A stretch of 64,000 bases of DNA from a virus (IMGVR_UViG_3300036833_000303:6208-70207), one strand, 5' to 3'. Shown: positions 54,096 through 63,094, counted from the stretch's first letter. The notes: generated by a model from the sequence alone, not told the origin. Program-made: numbers and translations.

Positions 54096-54285
54096 TTTGC
54101 CAAGACACCTGAAGCGTTGTTCCACTTTTGCCAAAGTTTTCCAATTTTTGCCAAGGATTTCCCAATTAAATCAACACCATCCACCCGCTTTGAAGTCCGT
54201 GGCGATCACCGGATTCGCATTCTCTTCCAATGGGTTAAGTCGACCTAGTTTTCCACTTTTTGCCAATTTTTCCAGTTTTTGCCAA
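54096..54285. other. attP with arm-type repeat arrays
   Basis: TTT(G/T)CCA(A/C/G) octamers at about 10-bp period on both sides of a tRNA fragment, next to the integrase stop codon. Confidence 0.75.
54189..54228 (-). tRNA. selC: 5' half of tRNA-Sec (selC), attP identity block; not a complete tRNA
   Basis: GGAAGAGA-AT-GCGAATC-CGGT-GATCGC-CACGGA-CTTCAAA parallels E. coli selC GGAAGATC-GT-CGTCTC-CGGT-GAGGCG-GCTGGA-CTTCAAA; UCA anticodon. Confidence 0.8.
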
Positions 54286-55495
54286 AATTTATGACGTTCG
54301 CGCCGTCGTCATCGAGGATGCGACTGGCCGTTTCCGCCGCCCGATTCATGTCGGCCTCCCGGCTATAGTGGAACGCCATCGTCGGGCCTTTGTGACCGAG
54401 TTCGGCCTGGATCGCGCGAACATCGGCACCGCGATCGGCGAGCTTTGTCGCATTCGTCGTGCGCAACCCGTGAGGTGTCAGTCCCGGCGCGACACGCCCT
54501 TCGCATTCGAGGCGACACACCAAGTTGCGAAGGTATTTCCGAAAGGTTCCGGCGCTCCACGGTTTGCCGTCCGGCCCGGCGATGATCGTCGGACCCCGTC
54601 GCGGGGCTGCGTCGAGGATCTCGCGAAGCATCCGCCGCGCCGGTTTGCGGGGAACCTCCTCCCCGGTCTTGCCTTGGTTCCATCGAATGTGCGTCCCGTC
54701 GTAGGCTGACCAGGGGACGCTGACGATGTCGCCACCCCGCATGCTCGCGAACATGTCGAGGGCGAGCGCTACTTTGAATGTGCCTTTGGCCTCCTCGAAA
54801 ACGATACGGCATTCGTCATCCGACCAGCGGCGATTAGCTTTTGGAGCGTTCTTCGGAGCTTCGATCTTTTCAAATATCGGAGTTGGGGCATCCTCCCATT
54901 CGTGCGTTTTGGCCCACTTCAAAACGAGACGCAGCACTTGCATGACGTAATTCGCGAACCGCCGCCCGTGTTGATTTGCTGCCGTGTCTTGGATCTGGAA
55001 ACACTGCTTTGTGGTGAAAGTCCTCAGGGGCGCTTCATTGAAATGCGACAGGTAATCGAGCACCTTGTCGTAATCCTGTTGAGTGCGCAGCATGCGGTTT
55101 TTGAATTTCGGGCTCGCCCGATAGGCCGCGACCAACGCTCCCCACGTTTCGGGTAGGAATTGGGGCTCGCCCTGCAGCGTGCGAACCGCAGCCTTGAAAG
55201 CAGGCGTTCCGGGTTGTGCCGTGAGGCGTGTCCGCTTTTGCCCGGCACCGTCCGCGACGTCGGTCGCGCGATAATGATAAACGTAGCGGCCTCGTGCTAC
55301 TCGCTTGATGCCGCTACCGCGCGGTTTCCGCTCCGGCTTTACTCCCTGTTCAAGAGCGGAATATTCGGCCCAGAATTCAGGGGTTTTGGGTGCGGCAACA
55401 ATTCGCTGCATGCCGCTCTTGCGGTGGTAGAGATATTCGAGATCGCCTACCTTGACGCGCTTGATGCCGGGAGGGAGTATAGTGCGCTTAGCCAT
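54245..55495 (-). CDS. int: Tyrosine integrase
   Basis: SMRGGD (R), KT (K), HGLRTT (HxxR), LGHK (H), HYS (Y). Confidence 0.92.
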   Translation of the reverse strand: MAKRTILPPGIKRVKVGDLEYLYHRKSGMQRIVAAPKTPEFWAEYSALEQGVKPERKPRGSGIKRVARGRYVYHYRATDVADGAGQKRTRLTAQPGTPAFKAAVRTLQGEPQFLPETWGALVAAYRASPKFKNRMLRTQQDYDKVLDYLSHFNEAPLRTFTTKQCFQIQDTAANQHGRRFANYVMQVLRLVLKWAKTHEWEDAPTPIFEKIEAPKNAPKANRRWSDDECRIVFEEAKGTFKVALALDMFASMRGGDIVSVPWSAYDGTHIRWNQGKTGEEVPRKPARRMLREILDAAPRRGPTIIAGPDGKPWSAGTFRKYLRNLVCRLECEGRVAPGLTPHGLRTTNATKLADRGADVRAIQAELGHKGPTMAFHYSREADMNRAAETASRILDDDGANVINFGKNWKNWQKVEN

Positions 55496-55576
55496 TGGTC
55501 GTGCTCCTCACGATCGAAGGTCAGAGACGCCGGCTCGCTAGCTACGGGCCGGCGCCTCGTCTTTAGATAGTATTTT

Positions 55577-55861
55577 TTACCGGCGATTGCGAGCTTTTGA
55601 TTTTAGGCCGAGTGTTGGGAGCAAATCCGCGACCGAGGGGAGCGGTGTCTCGATCAGGCCGGATTGAATGTCGAGATAGTGGTCGAGGGCGCGGACGTCC
55701 CAAAATTTGCGCTTGCCGATCTCTATCGGCGGCACTTCCTGGCCGATGGTTTCGATGAAGTGCGGGGTCGAGATGCCGCCGCAATATTCCGCCGCCTGCT
55801 CGCGCGACAATAAGCGCGGCGGTAGATTGGAGGGAAGAGTTCGAGTGCGCTCGGAATTCAT
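55577..55861 (-). CDS. Excisionase/AlpA-like HTH protein
   Basis: PRLLSREQAAEYCG...PIEIGKRKFWDVRALD; directly upstream of int. Confidence 0.72.
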   Translation of the reverse strand: MNSERTRTLPSNLPPRLLSREQAAEYCGGISTPHFIETIGQEVPPIEIGKRKFWDVRALDHYLDIQSGLIETPLPSVADLLPTLGLKSKARNRR

Positions 55862-55927
55862 CCGGTCCCCCACTAAAAGGTCGGCGGCGGGTGTCCTTTC
55901 TTCAAACTCAAATGTGCTTGTTTCTCC

Positions 55928-56176
55928 TCACTCGTCTTCCTCGTCGGCCGGGTCGTCGTGGCGCTCGACGCCCCACCATTCCCATTGGCACTTGTCGCAG
56001 AACTCGGCGCACCAGCCCGCGGCGTTCCACAGGATCAGCGGGATAAAGCCGGCGTCTTCCTCGTCGTCCGGTAGCGGATCGCCGCAGTAGCTGCAGTGCT
56101 TCGTGCGCGGTTCGTCCGGCCCGCCCCAGTTGACCGCCATCCATTCGAAGCCAGGCTTGGGCGCGAGGCCGGTCAT
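55928..56176 (-). CDS. Hypothetical protein (CxxC pairs)
   Basis: CSYCG...FCDKC. Confidence 0.55.
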   Translation of the reverse strand: MTGLAPKPGFEWMAVNWGGPDEPRTKHCSYCGDPLPDDEEDAGFIPLILWNAAGWCAEFCDKCQWEWWGVERHDDPADEEDE

Positions 56177-56745
56177 GCGTTGATCCGCCCGGCGAGCACG
56201 GCGCGCTCTACTTCGGTCAGATCCCAGGCGGCACAGACGACCCAGAGATCGGCTTGACCGATGCGGCGCAGCAACAGCGGGTCGATCGGCGGCGCTGGAC
56301 GCCAGATCGCCTCGAACAGAACATGGTAATTCTGCAATCCGCGCTTGGGCCGCAGATGGACCGGAACCAGCGGCGTCTGGGCGCGGTGGGCGTTTTGATA
56401 ACGGATCCCCGGGAACGAACCCGCTGGAAAGTCGATATAGGACTTGCGATGGTTGTTGTGCTGCCAGACGTCCTTGTTCATTCGCGCCGAGCCGTCGCGC
56501 CAACTTTGCAGCATGCAGGTCTTGGCGTCGGCGCGGACGATCGCCAACTTCGGCAATCCATCTTCGCCGAGCCCGGCTGTCGTGACGCTGTCAAGGGCGC
56601 GGATCACCACCCGGCCTTGCGCAATGTTCTGATAGGTCCGCTGAATCTCCCAGTCGATCGGGGTCGAATAGTGTTGATGCTCGCGATACTTACGGAAGAG
56701 CGCCCGGGCTTCTTCGCGGTCGACGGTGATTTGTTGCGTGTCCAT
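56173..56745 (-). CDS. Conserved phage hypothetical protein
   Basis: PLVPVHLRP...YHVLFEAIW...DPLLLRRIG...VCAAWDLTEVERAV. Confidence 0.65.
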   Translation of the reverse strand: MDTQQITVDREEARALFRKYREHQHYSTPIDWEIQRTYQNIAQGRVVIRALDSVTTAGLGEDGLPKLAIVRADAKTCMLQSWRDGSARMNKDVWQHNNHRKSYIDFPAGSFPGIRYQNAHRAQTPLVPVHLRPKRGLQNYHVLFEAIWRPAPPIDPLLLRRIGQADLWVVCAAWDLTEVERAVLAGRINA

Positions 56746-56747
56746 GT

Positions 56748-57056
56748 TCACAGCTCCTCGAGGTCTTCGCGGTAGGAAAAACGCACCAGGCGCACCGGGT
56801 AGCCGGTCGCACGATGGGCCATCTCGGCGTATTGGCGCAGCGATTTGATGCGGTCTATGTCGGCGCCGATCAGCGGCATGTGGATATCGCCGATCTGGGC
56901 GCTGCAGACGCCCTCGCCGCCGTCGGGCCCGGTCGCCACCCAGGCGTACAGCGCATCGATCGTCTGACCGGTGCCGGGCTTCCAGTTCTTGGGCTGCGTG
57001 GGTTCGCGGTAGAAGCGGTTGTCGCGCGCTCCTGAGCGTTTGTCGAAGGGCATCAA
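56748..57056 (-). CDS. Hypothetical protein
   Basis: IDALYAWVA...GEGV...MPLIGAD...SLR motif. Confidence 0.6.
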   Translation of the reverse strand: MMPFDKRSGARDNRFYREPTQPKNWKPGTGQTIDALYAWVATGPDGGEGVCSAQIGDIHMPLIGADIDRIKSLRQYAEMAHRATGYPVRLVRFSYREDLEEL

Positions 57057-57544
57057 TGCCTCGCTTCCACAAGCAGATCCATCATGCGCCCGTGGACGAA
57101 ATCCTGCGGGCGCGGCGACGGGCGCCGCTCGAGGCGGCGGATCTTGCCCTTGTAGTCGCGGTGCACGTCAAACACAGCGAGCAGCGATTTCTCGCGGTCG
57201 CCGACACTGATCGTGTAACACTCGCTGCGGCGGTCCTTGTAGACGCCGCCGGTGCCTTCGCGATCGATGATCGTCTTGCCCGCGTCCTTGTCGTGCTCTT
57301 CGAGCCTGACGTACCAGGCGGCGAAAATGATCGCGTAGCGCTCGGCGTCGGCCGCCCGCGCGATGCCTCTGAACACCGCGACCATCAGGTCCTTGTCGTC
57401 GATGGTCGGCGGGACGACCACCGTCGCCTCAGCGGTCTCGAAGGCGAACATCGGCTTCAAATCCTTGTCCGCCGCCACGGTCTGGACCGCGTCCTCGAGC
57501 CAGCGGATGTTTCTCTCAAGATAATCCTCAAGTGATAACGTCAT
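57053..57544 (-). CDS. Hypothetical protein with recoded N-terminus
   Basis: MTLSLEDYLERNIRW...; ATGA-coupled. Confidence 0.62.
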   Translation of the reverse strand: MTLSLEDYLERNIRWLEDAVQTVAADKDLKPMFAFETAEATVVVPPTIDDKDLMVAVFRGIARAADAERYAIIFAAWYVRLEEHDKDAGKTIIDREGTGGVYKDRRSECYTISVGDREKSLLAVFDVHRDYKGKIRRLERRPSPRPQDFVHGRMMDLLVEARH

Positions 57545-58239
57545 CTGGCCCGCCCCTTTGATGCGGCACCGATCTTGGCGCGCGTTGCCTCAGAATGCCT
57601 AAAGCCTCGATGCTTCTGACGCGTCGCCTCGGAAACTGGCCGCCCGATCAACGCAATGACGATTTTCTGGCGGTGCTCTTCAGACAGCTTCCTTCCGCGA
57701 AGCGCGACACGCACCTTTGCGCCCACCTCCGGTCGCTTCTTCCCGAGCTTTGCAATGCGGATCTTTTGACGCGTCGCCTCAGAACACGCTGGACCGCGCC
57801 GATTCGCGTGCTTGCGTCCGACATTCATCATGCGCAGTTGCACCAGTGTCGCCTCGGACGGCTTCTTGCCGAGTTTTGCAGCACGCATCTTCTGGCGCGT
57901 CTCCTCGGATGGGGCCGCCGTGCCGTCGCCGCCGTTCGTCCGATTAACTAGCGGCCCATCGGGGCGTCGCCCGAGGGCCGTAATCCACGCGATCTCGTAC
58001 TCGCACGCCTTCTCACGTGTCAGACGCTCGGCAATCTTGATCTTGGGCACCTCGGTCCAGCCGGCCGCAAACATCTTGCGAATAATATTCGTCTTATGCA
58101 GGTTCTCGCCGCGCCTCTTAGCCTTATTCCGTACGGCCAACTCATGCTGATTCCAACGGTTGCCGTTACCTTTGCCGACATAAAACGGAGTGCCATCGTC
58201 ACGGAACAGAATGTAGATGTAGAAATTCGTGTCGATCAT
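57541..58239 (-). CDS. GIY-YIG homing endonuclease with NUMOD3 repeats
   Basis: FYIYIL...PFYVGKG..R...H...E...I...LVN + SEETRQKM repeats. Confidence 0.82.
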   Translation of the reverse strand: MIDTNFYIYILFRDDGTPFYVGKGNGNRWNQHELAVRNKAKRRGENLHKTNIIRKMFAAGWTEVPKIKIAERLTREKACEYEIAWITALGRRPDGPLVNRTNGGDGTAAPSEETRQKMRAAKLGKKPSEATLVQLRMMNVGRKHANRRGPACSEATRQKIRIAKLGKKRPEVGAKVRVALRGRKLSEEHRQKIVIALIGRPVSEATRQKHRGFRHSEATRAKIGAASKGRAR

Positions 58240-58274
58240 CGGACACTCGCCTCGAGGTAGTCTTCCAAGGTCAT
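58236..58274 (-). CDS. 12-aa minigene MTLEDYLEASVR (displaced original N-terminus)
   Basis: ATGA-coupled on both sides; shares LEDYLE with 57544. Confidence 0.55.
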   Translation of the reverse strand: MTLEDYLEASVR

Positions 58275-58447
58275 CGCCCCTGCTCCTCGATCAACCGGTT
58301 GGGTGTGCGCCGGCCGTCGACTAGGCTGTCGTCGCGGCCGGCGCGGTAGACCCGATGGCCCTGGCGGCGCAAGGCCCGCACGGCGCGCCAGAAGCGCAGG
58401 CTTTCCGGCATCTTGCGGCGCGGCTGGGTCGGTTCTAGCTCGTTCAT
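58271..58447 (-). CDS. Small hypothetical protein
   Basis: 58 aa, translationally coupled. Confidence 0.5.
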   Translation of the reverse strand: MNELEPTQPRRKMPESLRFWRAVRALRRQGHRVYRAGRDDSLVDGRRTPNRLIEEQGR

Positions 58448-58683
58448 GGGTCGGGCATTGGGCCGTCGGGGGCCTGCTGCGCGCCCATCACGTCGTCGTA
58501 GATCGTGCGCAAGGCGGTGATATGAATTCGGATCGCCATCACGCGCTCGGCTAACGGCAGGTTGGTCAGCGACGCCATGAACGCCGCGCCGAGGATCCCG
58601 GGGATAAGCATTGCGGGCACGCCTTCAGCGCGCAACTCGCTCTCGATCCGGCCGGCCCGGCGGAATAGCTTCTCATCGATCAC
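58444..58683 (-). CDS. Hypothetical protein
   Basis: 79 aa, translationally coupled. Confidence 0.55.
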   Translation of the reverse strand: MIDEKLFRRAGRIESELRAEGVPAMLIPGILGAAFMASLTNLPLAERVMAIRIHITALRTIYDDVMGAQQAPDGPMPDP

Positions 58684-60410
58684 GCCGCAGCCTCCTCCAG
58701 CTGGCGCAGCGGCTCGGCGACACCCTGGTCGAGCCAGTAGCTGGCACCGAGCCCGGCGGCGGCGAGATCGGGCATCTGCTCGCGGCGCGACAGGGTGAGA
58801 CAGATCAACGCCGGCAATCCGGCGTCCCCGAGCATGGCGACCAGCCCCGAGCGGGTCGTACCGTCGAGGACATCGGCGGCGTCGAACACCACCATGGCGG
58901 AGCCGTCGAGCAGCGCCATGGCGACCGCCAGGACCGCGCGGACGCGATACTGTTCGCTGGTCGACAACAGCGCATAGGGGCGCCCGCCGTAGGCGATGGT
59001 CATCGCCGGATCGACGGTCACCGGCTTCCAGTCGGCGGCGTCACAGAGCGGGGCGAGCCGGGTCGTGCCGAACACCTCGAGCACGCGCCCGAGCTTCTGC
59101 CCGCGCAGCCCGTCGGGCGCCAGGATCTCGATCAACAATTCGTTCGAGGCGACTTTCGCGTGGAGATCGCCGGCCTCGGCCTTCTGGCGGAACGCCGCGA
59201 GCCGGCGCTGGCCGATTTCCAGCGATTCCTTGGCAGCGGCGATCTGTGCCGCGTCACCGCCGCTGGGCGGCATCGTGGCGAGCTTGTTGGCGCTGTCGAT
59301 CGCCAGGTGCATCTCGTGGCGGGTCGCCTCGACCGTGCGGTTCTGCTGGGTGAGCTCACCCCTGAAGCGCTCGACGGTGCCGTCGGCCTCGGCCAGCGCC
59401 AGGCGGCGCTTTTTCAATTCGGCGGGTGCTACCACCTCGGCCTTTTCGAGACGCTGCTCGGTGAGATTGACCCGGCGCAATACGACCGGCTCGCCGCAAT
59501 GCGGGCACGGCATTGGTGTCTCGCTGCCGGCGGACGGCAGCGCATCGCGCGCGTTCTGCGCCTTCATCAACTCGTCTTCGCGACGGGTTTCCTCGATCTC
59601 GGCATCGGCCAGCTTGTCCTTGAGATCCTCGACCTGGGCGGCCTGGGCCTGCAGCCGCTCACGTTCGGCGCCGGAGACGGCGGCGGTGGCGACTGCTTTG
59701 TCATGCGTGCCCTGTAAGTTTTTGAGCGCGTTCGCGAGACGCTCCTCGCTGGTGTTGTCGAGATCGCCGTGCCGGCCGAGCTCGAGCCAGTCTTCGGGCT
59801 TCCAGGATGCGCCGATGCGGCTGCCGTAATTGGCCTTGGTGATCTGCTTCCAGCGGCCCTTGAGTTCCGCGCCCTTGTCGCGCCGCGAGGTGTGCGTGCC
59901 GTCCCAGCCTTTTTCCTCGACCAGTTTCCAGACCACCTCGACGATCTCCTGGTCGCCGAGCTCGACGTCGGCCAACGCCTGGGCCAAATCCTCGCGGGTC
60001 GGGTCGGCGTGCAGATAGTCGCCGAGCACCCGGGCGCGCTCCTTGGGCGCCAGCAATGCCACCGAGTCGAGCCCGGCCGCCCAAGGCGAGGCATGCGGCG
60101 GCTCGCCGGTCGCGGTCGCCTCGCAAGACGGCCAAGCGATGCGGGCGGTTCCCGCCTCGGAGCGGATCTCGACCGCGGCACCATCGGCGCCGACGTGCAC
60201 CAGCATGCCGGCCGAGCCCTTGGTCAGCCCGGCGAGCGGAAGGGTGTTGCCGCTGAGCACGGCCCCGGTGGCTTGGGCGAGCGAGGATTTGCCGGTCGCG
60301 TTCTTGCCGCCGACCAGCGCCAGCGGGCCGCAGGTGATCTCGGCGCGCGCGGCGCCGCGGAAGTTGCGCAGTTTGATGCTGATCAATTCGTTGGTCACGT
60401 CGATCCTCAC
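58680..60410 (-). CDS. SMC/Rad50-like AAA ATPase
   Basis: LRNFRG, GGKNATGKSS Walker A, coiled coil with CPHC hook, LLSTSEQYR signature, VFDAAD Walker B. Confidence 0.8.
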   Translation of the reverse strand: MRIDVTNELISIKLRNFRGAARAEITCGPLALVGGKNATGKSSLAQATGAVLSGNTLPLAGLTKGSAGMLVHVGADGAAVEIRSEAGTARIAWPSCEATATGEPPHASPWAAGLDSVALLAPKERARVLGDYLHADPTREDLAQALADVELGDQEIVEVVWKLVEEKGWDGTHTSRRDKGAELKGRWKQITKANYGSRIGASWKPEDWLELGRHGDLDNTSEERLANALKNLQGTHDKAVATAAVSGAERERLQAQAAQVEDLKDKLADAEIEETRREDELMKAQNARDALPSAGSETPMPCPHCGEPVVLRRVNLTEQRLEKAEVVAPAELKKRRLALAEADGTVERFRGELTQQNRTVEATRHEMHLAIDSANKLATMPPSGGDAAQIAAAKESLEIGQRRLAAFRQKAEAGDLHAKVASNELLIEILAPDGLRGQKLGRVLEVFGTTRLAPLCDAADWKPVTVDPAMTIAYGGRPYALLSTSEQYRVRAVLAVAMALLDGSAMVVFDAADVLDGTTRSGLVAMLGDAGLPALICLTLSRREQMPDLAAAGLGASYWLDQGVAEPLRQLEEAAA

Positions 60411-61678
60411 ATTTCGAAGTTGACGCGGCGCGGCTTCGAAGCCTCTGGCTCCTTCGCCGTAGGCTTCGGAGCCTCTGGCGAAGTAGCCTTGGCCGTTGTC
60501 GGGGTTTCACCAGTATCCGCCTTCGTAGCCTTCGGCGGAGTAGGCTCGGAGCGGCCAGGGGATGGTTCCGACGTATGCCCCGCTGCAGGCGGGGCATCGT
60601 TAGAAGCACCGGACGGCTGTCCGGCGCGTCCAGATGTAGCAGTCGGCTCGGCCGCATCTTCGGAAGGGCGCGGACGTTGTTCCTCGCCGCCGCTGGTGGG
60701 CGTCAGACCTGCCTGAGGCAGGTCTTCGCTAGGAGCGGCACGCTCTGGCGCGCCGCGTCCCGCCGGTGGGCCGGCTCGGGTTGCTGTGGGCTCTGGTGCT
60801 CGCCGGCGGGACGCGCGCTCCTGGGGCTCCTGCGTGGTTTCTGCGGCGACTTCCTGGGCGACGTCGAGCCCGAGCGCCTTGGCGGCTTCGACAAACGCCG
60901 GCAGCCGGCCTTCGCGCGCCGCGTCGCCGAGCCCGGCGATCTGGTCGAGGGTCAATTCCTCGACGGCGCGGCGGTCGAGTGCCAACGCCTTCTGGGCGGC
61001 GAAGCGCAGCACGTTGCCCCGCTTCTCGTCGATCACGCTGGCGGTGATGGTCTCGGTCTTCTGCAATTGCAGCATCTGCTCCTGCCAGCGGATGCGGATG
61101 TCTTGCGGGATCAGCGCCAAGACGGCGTTGCGGTAGGCCTTCGACTGGGCGATCGTGGCATAGTTGGGCCGCTCGTATTCGCTGCCGTCGCGGCGGTATT
61201 CGAAGCGCATCTCCTGGCGCTCGACCTGGATCGCATTGCCGGTCTTGAGATCCTGCATCTCGACGAGTGCGGTGTAGTAATCGGGGTCGGCTTCGAGCTC
61301 GTCGACGATCGAGACCGACTGCGAGCCCGGGTAATTCTCCGACGGGTAGGCGGTGAAGGTGATCACCCGCCCCTTCTTCTGGTACGAGCCGACGAGGCGA
61401 TGCTTGAGGCCTCTGTAGTGCGCGGCCAAGTGCCTGGCGCCGATGACGCTGATCCCGGCGACCTGCGTGCCTTTGATGTCGAAGTTGTAGACAAAGCTCG
61501 ACGACCCGGCGCCGTGCAATATCTCGTCGGCGATCAGGACGTTGTCGCGCTCCTCCATGACGTGCCAGGCGTCGACGTCAAAAGCGCCGTTGCCGCTGAT
61601 CGTGCGGACGGCTTCGAGGGTCTGCTGGCGGCGCGGTGCCGCGAGCTGGGGGCGGGCGGCGGTAGCGGTTTGGGCCAT
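60407..61678 (-). CDS. Putative recombination/ssDNA-annealing protein with disordered C-terminus
   Basis: Lies between exonuclease and ATPase; AQSKAYRNAVLALIP. The function is positional inference. Confidence 0.55.
   Translation of the reverse strand: MAQTATAARPQLAAPRRQQTLEAVRTISGNGAFDVDAWHVMEERDNVLIADEILHGAGSSSFVYNFDIKGTQVAGISVIGARHLAAHYRGLKHRLVGSYQKKGRVITFTAYPSENYPGSQSVSIVDELEADPDYYTALVEMQDLKTGNAIQVERQEMRFEYRRDGSEYERPNYATIAQSKAYRNAVLALIPQDIRIRWQEQMLQLQKTETITASVIDEKRGNVLRFAAQKALALDRRAVEELTLDQIAGLGDAAREGRLPAFVEAAKALGLDVAQEVAAETTQEPQERASRRRAPEPTATRAGPPAGRGAPERAAPSEDLPQAGLTPTSGGEEQRPRPSEDAAEPTATSGRAGQPSGASNDAPPAAGHTSEPSPGRSEPTPPKATKADTGETPTTAKATSPEAPKPTAKEPEASKPRRVNFEM
60432..60545. repeat. 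Cluster of palindromic miniature repeats (in CDS)
   Basis: Copies 60461-60489 and 60519-60545. Confidence 0.7.
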
Positions 61679-62533
61679 TTACTTTGTCTCCTTGTCTGGG
61701 TCGCCCTCGCGGCAGAACGCAGTGCCAAATGCACTGCACCATTTGGGCGAGCATAAGATTGAAGCCGGGTTCGCTTGGAAGGACCAGGGATCGCCCGGCA
61801 GAATGCGGCGCACCGGGTCGCCATGGCGGAAGGTCCGCAGGTCGGCTTCGATGTGACGAATGATGTTGATGGCGGCGGTCTCGGCGGCGGCGATCGGCAC
61901 CGGCTTGGAAACCGGGTCGGGCTGCGCCGTCTTCGGCCCGACCCGGCGGATGAAGTCGACCGCAGCGGTCTGGATGTCGAGCCCGTGGGTGCGGGCGAGC
62001 AGGCTATAGCCGCCGATCTGCGGAGCGTTCGAGCCGGCGGCGCGCGCCCCGGTCTTCAAGTCGCGGATCGATTGCGGCTCGCGGGCGACGACGTCGGGCT
62101 TGCCGCTGAGCACCAGACCCGGGGCGACCTCGGCCTCGAGGCGTTCCTCGACGATGATCGGCTGCACGTCGGGAGCGATGACGCGGTGGTAGGTTCGCGC
62201 CATGCCGACGGTTTGCCGGGACGCCTCGGCGCGAGTTTGCGTCGTCGCATCAAAGGCAATGCCGTCGGCCAGCTGCTCGGAGAGAGTCTGCGCGGCGCAA
62301 TCGGTGGCGACGCTCGCCGGCGGCAGCTCGCCGGTCTTGGCCTTCTCGCCGAGCGCGACCTCGGCGGCGCGGTGCACTGCCGTGCCGATCGCAGCCCCTA
62401 CGCCGCGCGGCGGCGAGCGCAGTTTGAAGCCGGCCGCCTCGATCTCTTGGCGGAACAGCCGGGCCGCCCCTCGCCGGTTGCAATCCGGGTAGGATGACAA
62501 AGCGCTGGCGCGGATAATGGTCGCCTCAGCCAT
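61679..62533 (-). CDS. PD-(D/E)XK exonuclease (RecB/Cas4-like)
   Basis: IRASAL...C...GTAVH...SGKPD...IRDLKTG...QIGGY...C. Confidence 0.8.
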   Translation of the reverse strand: MAEATIIRASALSSYPDCNRRGAARLFRQEIEAAGFKLRSPPRGVGAAIGTAVHRAAEVALGEKAKTGELPPASVATDCAAQTLSEQLADGIAFDATTQTRAEASRQTVGMARTYHRVIAPDVQPIIVEERLEAEVAPGLVLSGKPDVVAREPQSIRDLKTGARAAGSNAPQIGGYSLLARTHGLDIQTAAVDFIRRVGPKTAQPDPVSKPVPIAAAETAAINIIRHIEADLRTFRHGDPVRRILPGDPWSFQANPASILCSPKWCSAFGTAFCREGDPDKETK

Positions 62534-62867
62534 CGGCCGCCCCTGCTGCGTCACTGAACAGATCGCCTGCCGGCAGGATCTCGATCTTTGGCGGCCAGCG
62601 GACGCGGCCTTCGTCGATGACTGCGGTGTTCGACACCACGGCCTCGATCTCGTCGCGCTCGCCGAGCAGCGGGTAAAACCGGGCATGCGCGACGCGCGGG
62701 ATGTAGCCGAGAAACTGGCCGGCATGGTCGTAGACGGCGACGGCGCGCGGATCGACCTTGTTGGTGGGTTCACGCATCAGGCGCACCTGGTCGCCGGTCT
62801 TGAGCCGCTCGACGGCGCGCACCGCCGCACCGCTGTGGTGGTGACTGCCGACAATCACGGTTCTCAT
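62526..62867 (-). CDS. HIRAN-domain protein
   Basis: IVGSHH...GDQVRLMREPTNKVDPRAVAV...LGYIPR. Confidence 0.8.
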   Translation of the reverse strand: MRTVIVGSHHHSGAAVRAVERLKTGDQVRLMREPTNKVDPRAVAVYDHAGQFLGYIPRVAHARFYPLLGERDEIEAVVSNTAVIDEGRVRWPPKIEILPAGDLFSDAAGAADG

Positions 62868-63094
62868 CGCCGATTGTTCCTCTTGGGCAAAAACTCGCGG
62901 GCCTCGGGCGGATCGGCCGGTGGCCGCCACTGCAGGCGCGCGGCGAGCATGTCGAAGATGGCGGCGAGCAGCCGGTTCCACGGGACCGACAGCTCGAGGT
63001 CGACCGGGACGTGGTGGATCGTCGTATGGACAATTTTGTTGGCGCACAGCGCGCGGAACGCCGCCTCGTCGAGGACGACGCGGTACGGGTTCAT
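62864..63094 (-). CDS. Hypothetical protein
   Basis: 76 aa, translationally coupled. Confidence 0.5.
   Translation of the reverse strand: MNPYRVVLDEAAFRALCANKIVHTTIHHVPVDLELSVPWNRLLAAIFDMLAARLQWRPPADPPEAREFLPKRNNRR

Noticed and set aside
54189-54228. Complete phage-encoded tRNA gene
   Set aside because: The sequence after the anticodon loop (gcgggtgg...) cannot pair with the CACGGA stem, and there is no T-arm or acceptor 3' strand. It is only a half gene.
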